Below are positions 1 through 9,700 of a DNA stretch of 64,000 bases, piece after piece. This DNA is from Trypanosoma brucei. Its lineage: Eukaryota. The DNA is taken from positions 960,001-1,024,000 of the forward strand of contig CP000069.1 of assembly GCA_000002445.1 (NCBI GenBank), written 5' to 3'. The position numbers and the translations under genes are program-made. Position 1 is the stretch's first letter. The number at the start of each line of letters is the position of its first letter. The notes below the pieces were generated by a model that did no database searches, had not been told where the DNA came from, and saw only the letters and a list, made by a program, of their open reading frames with translations.

Positions 1-845
1 ACCGTTCCTGCAGTCACTCTTTCAGTAAAGATATTCATTCTACGGGTATATCCGATGACAGCTCGTACCTGCTTCATCAGAACGGAGGGCGTGGAACCGA
101 CAAGCATTACAGTTCCTTCTCCAGCGGTGGAAGTATTCTTCGGGAAGAGCGCGAAAAGATCGAGTTTCAGTTAAGCCTCCCCCTGGATGAAATGCGGCGC
201 TGCGTAAGGGAGGAAACTCGCCGTTTGGACACGACTATTAGTACCCCCATTAAACGAATATGAGGCTTCTGCCTGTAATTTCATAATGAAGCAGCAGACT
301 AGACTATGATCAGTTGTATTTGTTTTTTTTTTATTTTTCGAGACAACGTGTCGTGGTGAGTGTTGTTTTTTTTGTTCCACAACGTATGCAGTACGGCGTG
401 GAGGGAAACAGTGGCAACGACAACAATAGATATAAACGGTTAACGTATGAATCGATGGATGCAGGTAACAAAAGCAGTAATTTATGTATGATGCCAATAC
501 GACAAACCGTTAAAGGCTTCGTGATTTTAATGAAAAGCATGACGGTTACATAATTTTGCAAAATAATGAGGGAGGAAAAATCTTGAAATGCCCCCCCTCG
601 TTGCTGCCCTTCCATCTAAGTTAACCGATAGAACAAAGAAGAAACATACATTTTGTGTACACTACACAGAGCAAAGTAATAGTAAAATATAAAAGGTAAG
701 AGCAAACAATAGCAATAATCAGGGACAAAAGATATGTATGTATGTTTCTTCTCTCTCCGTATTTGTATCGGGTGCTCGCAATGCTAAATTATACTCGTTT
801 CCCATTTCCTGTATCTTCTTTCAATCCCTTCTTTTTCCTCTTCTT

Positions 846-870
846 CCCTTCCCTTCCCTTCCCTTCCCTT
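846..870. repeat. (CCCTT)5 microsatellite
   Basis: cccttcccttcccttcccttccctt, read directly. Confidence 0.9.
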
Positions 871-1565
871 TTTTTCCTTTTCCGCACACCCATCCTTTTC
901 CCTTATCCCACAAGGAGATGTTTAATGGAAAGTGGACCCCCTATGGAAAGTGAGCGACGGATGGTGCAAGCGGGTGAGGTATATAATAATAAATGTGAAG
1001 GTTAGTGTGGTGTTTGACCCCCTTTTTTTCTTTTTCTCTCCCTCCCCTAACGTTCCCACTATATCAGGATGAGTATGTGGGCATGAATCCTTCTTCCTGT
1101 ACTTCATTAACACTAACATTTTTAACTGATGGTGTGAAGGATGTGATTGAGGATACCACTGCTATTAACTGTGGAAATAATACAATTACCTTTTGGATGA
1201 AGGTGTATTGTTCCTCTAAATGAAGAAAAGGTGGTGTAAGAAAAAGCACTGGAAAAGAGAAGAACAATATATGTTTTTTTTTTTTAACCTTTCGAGTCGC
1301 CAATCGAGGCATTTTAAAAAAACTTTCTGCGCTCTCATTGTTGCGATCATGTATGTTCCGTTTTGTATCTTCTTTTTTTTTTACCACCTCCTCTCCACCA
1401 TCGGTTTTTTTTTCTGGTTGTTGTGGTAAAGCGCTAACTACTTCGTACTATTTCAATGGGGATCGCTTATTACCACGTAGCCTTGACACTGAAGTTACTA
1501 TTTTTTTTTTCGTAATTTGGTGCACTAGTTCTTGAACAAAGTAAAACTGAATAAAGTCTCGATCC

Positions 1566-1640
1566 TGCCCCTTTTCTCTCTATTTTTGTATTCTTAATCT
1601 TGTTTTTTTTCTCCCTCTTCTATTTTTTTTTGTATTGTTG
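1566..1640 (+). promoter_or_regulatory. Polypyrimidine tract upstream of the first plus-strand ORF, a candidate trans-splicing acceptor region
   Basis: A long C/T-rich run (ccccttttctctctatttttgtattcttaatcttgttttttttctccctcttctattttttttt) lies immediately 5' of the ATG at 1657. This is the expected architecture for kinetoplastid SL trans-splicing signals. Confidence 0.35.
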
Positions 1641-1656
1641 GACGAAGTGAATTCAC

Positions 1657-2628
1657 ATGTCGGATTTAGAGAAACTACGTGCTTGCTGCAGAGCAGTGGT
1701 ACGACGGCAACGAAACAATGCCACTCTTGATTTTCCATGTGTGATTTGTCAGCAGGTCATTCGTGGGCAGCATGGCAGCATGGAACATTACCGTGTCAGT
1801 CATGGCATTTGCACCAGTCACTTTGATGATGTTGCAGATCTTAACGGGTTTCTCTCGCATTTGCGCTCTCTTCTGTTGCCGGCGGGCGACACCAAATTTC
1901 ATTGTCCCGTTTGTGGTGTTTCGTGCGATGGTGAGGCGTCATTAGTTGCCCATGCCGGTCAATTGGGGCATACTTTCTGGGATGCAAGAGCAATTCCAAC
2001 ACTCGCCCCCTTTTGTATTACAGCTGTTAGTAGTGGTAATGATGAGCTGCAACACGAAGAAGATGATGAAGTCACTGGTAAAGTTATTGATCAAGCATTT
2101 TATGATGAGGATGAGGATGAGGATGAAGATGAGGAGTGGGAAGAGGAACCCGCTATGTGTTTGTTGTGCGATACAACCTCTCACAATTGCCTCCTGCATA
2201 TGAAGGAAGCTCATTCATTTGATTTTGTCGCTGCGGTTCAACAACATGAGGGCGTGAATGATGTATATGACGTCATTCGTATTGTCAATATTATTCGTGG
2301 ATGCGTTGCTGACGGTACATGTCCTCATCATTACGGTGAGGATTCCCCCGAAGCTGAGAGCTGCCGGCATGAAATTGCTTCGTCATCGCTGCTGTCGCAC
2401 TTGAGATATGAACCCTTGCATGCATTACCACGAGCGATCCCCACTGGTGACAAGGAACTTATTCCGCGACTTGTGGGGGATACTTTTATATCGTCTATTG
2501 TGGTTGGGGGAAATATAAAATTCGGTGAAACCAAGTGCCAAACTGGAGGGGATGAGGGGGAAGATTATCCAATGGTGCCCACTATGATGGAGCTGGCCGC
2601 TAAACGACTAGCAAAGGGCGGGGCATGA
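1657..2628 (+). CDS. C2H2-type zinc-finger protein (hypothetical), with an acidic DE-repeat tract
   Basis: 323-aa ORF with three C-x2-C...H-x4/5-H motifs (CVICQQ...HYRVSH, CPVCGVSCDGEASLVAHAGQLGH, CLLCDTTSHNCLLHMKEAH) and the acidic run YDEDEDEDEDEEWEEE. It is the first ORF of a same-strand array. Confidence 0.6.
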   Translation: MSDLEKLRACCRAVVRRQRNNATLDFPCVICQQVIRGQHGSMEHYRVSHGICTSHFDDVADLNGFLSHLRSLLLPAGDTKFHCPVCGVSCDGEASLVAHAGQLGHTFWDARAIPTLAPFCITAVSSGNDELQHEEDDEVTGKVIDQAFYDEDEDEDEDEEWEEEPAMCLLCDTTSHNCLLHMKEAHSFDFVAAVQQHEGVNDVYDVIRIVNIIRGCVADGTCPHHYGEDSPEAESCRHEIASSSLLSHLRYEPLHALPRAIPTGDKELIPRLVGDTFISSIVVGGNIKFGETKCQTGGDEGEDYPMVPTMMELAAKRLAKGGA

Positions 2629-3145
2629 TATAATTTTTTTCGAGACGAGGCGGCGGGGTGATCAATAAGACATGGTGGTTAAGGAGAAAAACAATAACAA
2701 TAAAACATAACATGTACTTCAAATTTTAAGGCCTGGTCCCGCTATAGGTGAGGAAAGAAAAATGAATATTGCTTCTTACCTCATTTGATCTTTCATATCG
2801 GTTTCAACTAGTCGACGAGTGCAGTTTTGGCAAAAACAATAAGCGAGGCAACAACAACAGCGGCAGCGGCCAGTCGCCTTTATGGTCCCCATGCTCGTGC
2901 GGAGTGTATATCATCGGCAGTGGGCAGGTCCGTAAGGAAGCAAAGCTTCAGAAGTGGAGTACACGGAACGTTTAATGTATTTTTGTCAGTTACGTATATT
3001 ATGTTAATATTGTTTGTTATTGTTAGCTGAACTCATTCATTTTTTTTTATTTACTCCCCGTCAGCAACCACCTCTTACTGAAGGAAGCGTATAAACGTAT
3101 TCATAGGTTAGAAGGGAAGTATAGAAAGGAACCTGGAAAGCAGCT

Positions 3146-4327
3146 TTGGGTAAGAAGAACAAAAACAGGAAGGTTTGCGTTCTATTTCATCCGAACATGG
3201 ACGATGACCTCATCCTCAACTTGGTTCGACTTGTTCGTAATGGTCGAGTTTTAGCGAGGGGGTGCGAAGAATTCATTTTTGGTGGCGTCAGGATGATGGA
3301 TTGTGGGCCGTGTACCGAAGATTACGCAAGGTTGCAAGACTACTATGCAAAAGAGGGGAATCTGTCGGAAGTTGCACTTGTTGTATCTATTAGAGGAGCT
3401 ATTGTGGAAATTTGGCGTTTTCAGGATTTTCGCTCTTTGAAGATACCTTTCCCCGCCCCAAGTAGTGCTCACCAGGCCAATTCAGCAGCTGCGAAAATGC
3501 AAGCATCCCTGAAGATATTTGTGCGAGTGATTTTTGCCTATCTTCGGATTCACGAACTTTTTTCTGAGCTCACCAACATTCGTGTTTCCGATGTGGAGGC
3601 AAAACTGGTGACAGACATGGGAGAGGTTCCAACACTGGAGGCAGATACATGTTCAAAGAGCGTTTGGGCGGTGGACGGTGTAGCGAGTGTGAAGGTCCTT
3701 TACAACAAGTTGTGGCGGATCCCAAGCCCTAATCCCAAGACATCTCCCCTAATCGATAGTAATACCACTCCACGTGAAAACTCGGTGATTGAGCTCCTGC
3801 GCCTGAGGGCAACTGCACCTGTACCAATCAATACTCGCAGTGACCGCTGCGGGGGAAGTTTGTTGGGAATGGGATCTGATTCGGCAGGCAGTGCACGGTC
3901 GGTGCCAAGCCCACTCTTTGCGCCATCCCAAATGCCAAGTTCCGTTGGCTCAACACGATTGAGTTTCACGAACAACCCAATGAAGAGCCCAATGTTACAG
4001 GTGTCATATAACCCCCTTCCTTGCGCAACAAATACAGATGACAGTTTTCCTCTCTTTAGGCCGCTACCACAAGCCGATATAGCCGCAGTTCTCGCAAGGG
4101 GTGAGGCGCTTACTCCTGCTGTACGTGGTCACACCTTTTCTAATACCCCAAGTTTTGTGGCGGGTGGTGGTTATTCATCGTCAGGGGAAGATGAAGGTGA
4201 TGTAGCGTGTACAGATGACCAACTAGTGGACTTGTTAGAAATATGTGATGGCATCTCCATCCTTGAGGAAGCCATAGATATTAATATGGTGCTGCAGCGC
4301 TTAGATACTCCGCTATTACGACCTTGA
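3146..4327 (+). CDS. Hypothetical protein (393 aa) with a Ser/Pro-rich C-terminal half
   Basis: Long uninterrupted ORF on the same strand as its neighbours. No domain recognised by eye. Confidence 0.5.
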   Translation: MGKKNKNRKVCVLFHPNMDDDLILNLVRLVRNGRVLARGCEEFIFGGVRMMDCGPCTEDYARLQDYYAKEGNLSEVALVVSIRGAIVEIWRFQDFRSLKIPFPAPSSAHQANSAAAKMQASLKIFVRVIFAYLRIHELFSELTNIRVSDVEAKLVTDMGEVPTLEADTCSKSVWAVDGVASVKVLYNKLWRIPSPNPKTSPLIDSNTTPRENSVIELLRLRATAPVPINTRSDRCGGSLLGMGSDSAGSARSVPSPLFAPSQMPSSVGSTRLSFTNNPMKSPMLQVSYNPLPCATNTDDSFPLFRPLPQADIAAVLARGEALTPAVRGHTFSNTPSFVAGGGYSSSGEDEGDVACTDDQLVDLLEICDGISILEEAIDINMVLQRLDTPLLRP

Positions 4328-5197
4328 CAGAATAAGGATGAGGAATGATATGTGGTTACTTGAGATTTTTTCCGCACCAAATAAAAATGCGGCACATCTC
4401 GATTACTGTTCTCTTCCACAGTCGATGGCAAACTTTCCCTTTCGGTCTATCAGTTTCTTTTTGTCCTCGTTGCGTACCGTGCTCAAGTCATATTTTTTGC
4501 ACCTGTATGATATGCGTAATATTGCTTTAAACATATGCGCTGATGAGTTTGTTGTGCACAACCGAGTAGCTGTCTCAGGTTATTTATTGTGTTTTGGACA
4601 CAACGCATTTGCTGGAGAAAATTGTTTTACTTTTCTCTTGTAGTATCAGTGAGTTTACCTCTTTTTTTGTATATATATTTTTTACTTCTTTCTATGCACA
4701 TCTAGACTCCATACGTGTGTTTGGTACTCACTTCACTATCGTTGCTAATTTCCGTTTGGGAGTTACAGCTGTACGTATCCCAGTTCTTTTTTCTTCTTTT
4801 GCTCTTCCTGGAATTGCTATGTGGAGTAATTCTTTCCTTATGCCAAGAAAATATGTGAGTTTAGTGGAGTGGACTGGAGAAAAAGAAAGGCCTCCACACA
4901 TCGCTGTAATTCATTCTTTACTTACTGTGTGCCCTGATGATTGCGAGAGTGGGAAAATCCACTATACAAAACAGTAGTTGTGTTCCGGAGCGAAAGTACT
5001 TTATATATATATGTATATATGTATTGAGACGTTGTTTAGGAGGACTTTCTCGTATCCCTATTGATTCCCCTCCCCCATCCGTGAAGATTTCCGTTGTATC
5101 CCTATCTGAAACTATTTCGTCGGTAACTTTTCGTTTTTCCACGATTACTACCATAGTTAGTGCCATATTTTAGGAAATAATAACGTCACTACTTCAG

Positions 5198-5923
5198 TTG
5201 CAGAGGCGTATTTTTTCTTCACATGCGTCATATACCTCACAGTTGGCCCACTGCGCCCTTACAGGCGAACGTTACTCACAGGAACTTGAAAGAGAACTGA
5301 TACGTTATGGCAAACTCATGCATTTCACGTCGTCACGTTGGATTACTGAGCAGCAGCGGCAGCGGGAAGGTTTGGCACTACGTTGCGCAGAGGAATATCC
5401 TTTTTGGCCCCATGGAGTTATGGGGCGTGAATCCGCTTCACTCATAATGAACACCGTATTCATAGAAGAAACGGATTTATTTCTTTTCTTCACACTAAGA
5501 CCTCTTCCTGTTCGTAGGTTGGCGCGTGAGGAGCACTGGCTCTTTGCAGACTGTGCGTGGAGCTCATTCAATAAAAATCAAGCGAAATTTTCTCATTTAG
5601 AGAACCTCTTAACAACCGTGAACCGAGTGGTGCGATGCTCCAATGCAAAGGATTCAGCGGTTGGACTGCAGAAATCCCATAGTTGTAAGAGCGCATATTC
5701 TTCTTTTGTTACTACAGGAGTTACCAAAAGGAATCGAGCATTTGAACTCATGTTTCCCTCTTCCGTCACGGAGGGGCGTTCAGCGGAGGTATTTTGGGTT
5801 GGCCGCAATGATATTATTTCACACAAACTGGCACTTTTTGAAAATGCTGTGTGGCTTCCCCTCAATTCTACTCCAGTGGCACCCAAATGCCTGTACAACG
5901 CGGACCAAGTAGTAATGCCTTAG
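5198..5923 (+). CDS. Hypothetical protein (241 aa)
   Basis: ORF on the array strand that fills the gap between flanking genes. No recognisable motifs. Confidence 0.35.
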   Translation: MQRRIFSSHASYTSQLAHCALTGERYSQELERELIRYGKLMHFTSSRWITEQQRQREGLALRCAEEYPFWPHGVMGRESASLIMNTVFIEETDLFLFFTLRPLPVRRLAREEHWLFADCAWSSFNKNQAKFSHLENLLTTVNRVVRCSNAKDSAVGLQKSHSCKSAYSSFVTTGVTKRNRAFELMFPSSVTEGRSAEVFWVGRNDIISHKLALFENAVWLPLNSTPVAPKCLYNADQVVMP

Positions 5924-6762
5924 TTGTTTGTTTGTTTTTTTGCGGAGATAAAGTAGAAAAGTTAGAGCAACTTCGCGTGTATATATCCCTGTGAATTGCT
6001 GGTTGTGTTTGTTTTCCGTGAACATCTTATATATATTAAATATGTATATTTTATTCCTCTTATAAACAAAAAATATTGCACCTGCACATGTAAACAACCG
6101 CACAACATGCAGATAACTAGATACATATACATATATTTACGTTTTTTTGTCCTTTAATTAATTATGTTTGATTGTTCCACTACTGTTGGTATTTATCTCC
6201 TTTACAAGTAACTGCTCTTTACTTCCCCAGTTCGACTGGGTGCATACTTACGGATGAAAGTTATTTATTCGCTACTTATTTTGTCATTTAGGACACACGA
6301 AAAAAGGGTTGTCGACCTCATCGGGGACTGCTGAGCTGCATCCGATTGCTTTATTATTTTTTATTTGTTGCTGTTGTTTTATTTTTCTTTCACCCTTTTC
6401 ATAAGAAGTCGGAGGAGGAGGAGACGACTGTTGGGGTGTTTTTTGTGAAAATCATGGGAAATAATTGTCAAAGGGTATTGGTGGGGATACTGGTTACTTA
6501 CATGAATAGCTCCTCAGATTTTTTTTTAAAACCTAAAGTAAAATAACAACGACACCGAAGTAGGTGTGAGAAAGAAAAACAAAAGGTATATTGAAAAGTG
6601 TCGAACAGTTTGAAGCAAATGGGAATGGAGAAAAGCTGTAAATCATTGCGCACTCCAACTCTTGCTTCTTTTTTTTTATGTGGTGCACGAAAAGCAAAAA
6701 GAATCGTAGAGCAAGGGTTACGCCAATCAAACGAAAGTGTGGGTACCGACGAAGATTAAGAA

Positions 6763-9700
6763 ATGCAGAGTGCATACACAATAAAGGTTAGTGAAAGGCA
6801 GGCTGATGGTGTTCGTGATGTTTCAGTCTTCCATCATGGGGAACTTCACTTTTCAACATCACACCGGAATATGAAGTGGGCCGTTCTTACGCGATTCCCA
6901 GCTCCTTTTACACAACATGGGGGCTCCTTACATCCGGCGGCAATCTCACTACCAGATGAAAAATGCGATGTCGCCTCTGCTTGTAGGGGCAACGAGAAAC
7001 AACGGGATCCAGTTGTTGTTGGGAAGAGTGATATCGACAGTGGGTCAAAACTCATGTATGAATACCTCTGCGTTTTCCACTGCGATGAACCGCGGAACCG
7101 TCTTAGTCACTACACTGCTCATCAGCCATGGACTATTTGTTCAGCGTACAGCACAGCGGACCCGGCTGCCGTGACGCACTTCGTGCTAAACAATATTAAT
7201 CCCTCCTGCGTTGTGCCCGGTCTCCGTGGTGTGTTTGTTCATGGCACACCGCAAAGTGTTCCCACTGTCCCATCACCGTTAATTCAAGTCGGTGTAAACA
7301 CCTTTCAGCCCGCTGCTGATTTGTGGTGGATGGTCTCTCAGTTGGCGATTAATCCGGTATATGTTTCCGTAGGTGGAGGTAACCCCGCCACGTGTCTTCC
7401 CACAGGCGACGCCGCAGCGAATTCAACACGCATGCATATTTACAACTGTGAGGACAACATGGAGTGCGTTGCGCCCAAATATGCACTGGTAGGGTCTACT
7501 GTTCTCGCCCAGTTTCAGGTTTCGGAAGATAGAATGATGGTGGTTGCAGTTGGTGGAAATGATGTTCGTTTGGCTATGACCACCGTTAGTGAGCACGTGG
7601 GAATTATGTTGTGGGTGTGGTGGCCCCAACGGTTGCATATGCCTAATCTCCGCGTTAAGGGTGCCTCTGTCTCGTTAACGGTGTCGGAGAGTTGCCGTGC
7701 CAACGTGCAAGTCCTGTTTCTTTTCGACGCCTCGCGTGGTTCGCTACACGTTCTGAGGACACCGGATCTTCTTACAGCTAAGGGATCGCTGGACTTACTG
7801 TTTACCATATCAACAAATTGCCCGCCCGTCGTTCTTCCCTGTATGTGCTCTTCCATGATGCAACCCATCATGGTTTGCAATAGGCCTTCTGTGAATGAAG
7901 TCGCGCTCTACTACGTCCCGGAACTATTACGAACACCACTGTCTACCAACTACATGGCCACAATGTCTCTTAGCGGGGTGCTACCTAAAAATGTTATCGT
8001 TGAAGGAGTGTCGTACCACAACGGTTCGACCGTTGTTTTCGAGGCTGCAGTGGCCGGTAGTGATAGGGAGCCATCTGTTGCAGCTAGTCATCAACAGTAT
8101 GCATTCAACTTTCCTTCACTTCTGGATGAACAACATCCGCTTGCTCGTTTCATTTTGGAGGCTCTTGAGCCGGTGTTCGAAACTGAATGTGTGGCCCTAC
8201 TGCAATGTGAGTTGCTCCGACGCTCGTGGAAAAGTAAACGCAAAGGGCAAGTATGGGACTTTGGCACTGGATGCTTAGAGCTTATTGCAAACATTGTACA
8301 CAACAGTATGTCTCCCAATAGTGACAGAAGGGGTAGTCCTTCTGGGGGGGGAAGATACGCGGCAGCGGGTGGCAGCGGTAGTGGTCGGTCCGTCAGTCAA
8401 ATGTGTGATGCTGCGCCGTCCGGTTTGGAGTTGCAAACTTCCTCAGCTTGCACGTTTGTAGACAAAAATTTTCGTCTTTGCGACGTCGTAGCGGATCCCA
8501 TTCTCATGACAGCTGACACACTGCAGAAAAATGCCTTTCGGTTTCAAGACCGAGGACATCATGAAAACCATGGAAAGTTTAGTTCTGAACTTGACCATGG
8601 AAACATATGGACAAAGAAACAATGTGGGCTATGTGTTTTCACACTCCATCTACTCTACGAAAGTCTCAAGTTACAGGAACGCTTTTGGATTCTACTTGAA
8701 CCTTTGGCACGGTTAAACCTGCGACTAAGTGAAATTATGCAGTGGTCTCAGTATACTCGTTACTACTCAACATGCTTGTGCGAAACGGAAACTGAAGATT
8801 TTGCAGGACACACCACAACTGGCGCCTCTCGAACGGGGACTACCGTTTCTTTCCAGCGCGCGCTCCCCGAGAACCTTCTTATTGAGTATTTCAAATTTCA
8901 CACCTCTTCCTCGACAGCGGCAGTTATGAGTGGTGCGCCTCCCTTATTGTATACTATTCTTCAGCGTGTGCTTAAGGGGAAAGCACGGACTTCCGGTGGT
9001 TGGCCCGCTATTCGTGGCATCACCAGCAGCAATCCACTTTCGTTGGCCAACAAACTCTTTTTTATGCTGGTAGATTGCTTCGATGCACCGCAAGTGACCG
9101 CAAGAGTACCTACGAGTTGGTGGTTCACCTTGTGCAAAGGGTTGCTGGAATATGATATTGACCCCAAATTCGTCTCAACGGAGCTCTGCGCTGGCGTTGG
9201 GCAGCCTATCGAGAGAGCGTTGTGTATTGCAAAGGACCATCCCGACGATATATGGAATGATGACTTTAATACGATAATTGGGCGTTTGGACAGGCTTCAG
9301 CACAATTTAACATCGACACGGTGCGTCAATCCAGCTGGTGATGTTGTGCGGACAGCACAAGAGAGGGCAATCGGTAGGGAGTACAGGGCCACATTGAACG
9401 ATGACGATGGTGTTATTATGCGGCCTGACTTTCCAAAGCGCTGGGGTGATTCTCGTTTAGATATTGTTCAGAGCATGTTCAATACGGCGGCACCGATCAC
9501 CCTGCCCAGTCAAGTGGATGGTACGGATGCAATATACGGTTCATTAAGGAACCTTTCAAGGAGAGCAACTGCCTTACCTGTTGGACGTGGAATGTTTACC
9601 CTATGTACGCAAAATTTTCGGGTGAGGGACAGTGTCCCGATACCTCCACTCAACCTGGAGGGGCGAACTAGTGATGGCATCACCATTACAAATAATTTTG

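Noticed and set aside
2101-2135. (GAGGAT)n hexanucleotide repeat as a non-coding microsatellite
   Set aside because: It lies in frame inside the zinc-finger ORF and encodes the acidic DEDEDEDE tract. It is a coding low-complexity region rather than an independent repeat feature.
1942-2214. Overlapping 85-90 aa ORFs on both strands within the zinc-finger gene
   Set aside because: They are alternative-frame reflections of the GAG/GAT-rich acidic repeat region of the 323-aa ORF.
6533-6781. Short intergenic ORFs of 60-90 aa across the window, such as 6533-6781 minus, 8531-8716 plus and 25229-25648 plus
   Set aside because: They are below plausible gene size. They are unsupported by motif content and are often antisense to long ORFs.
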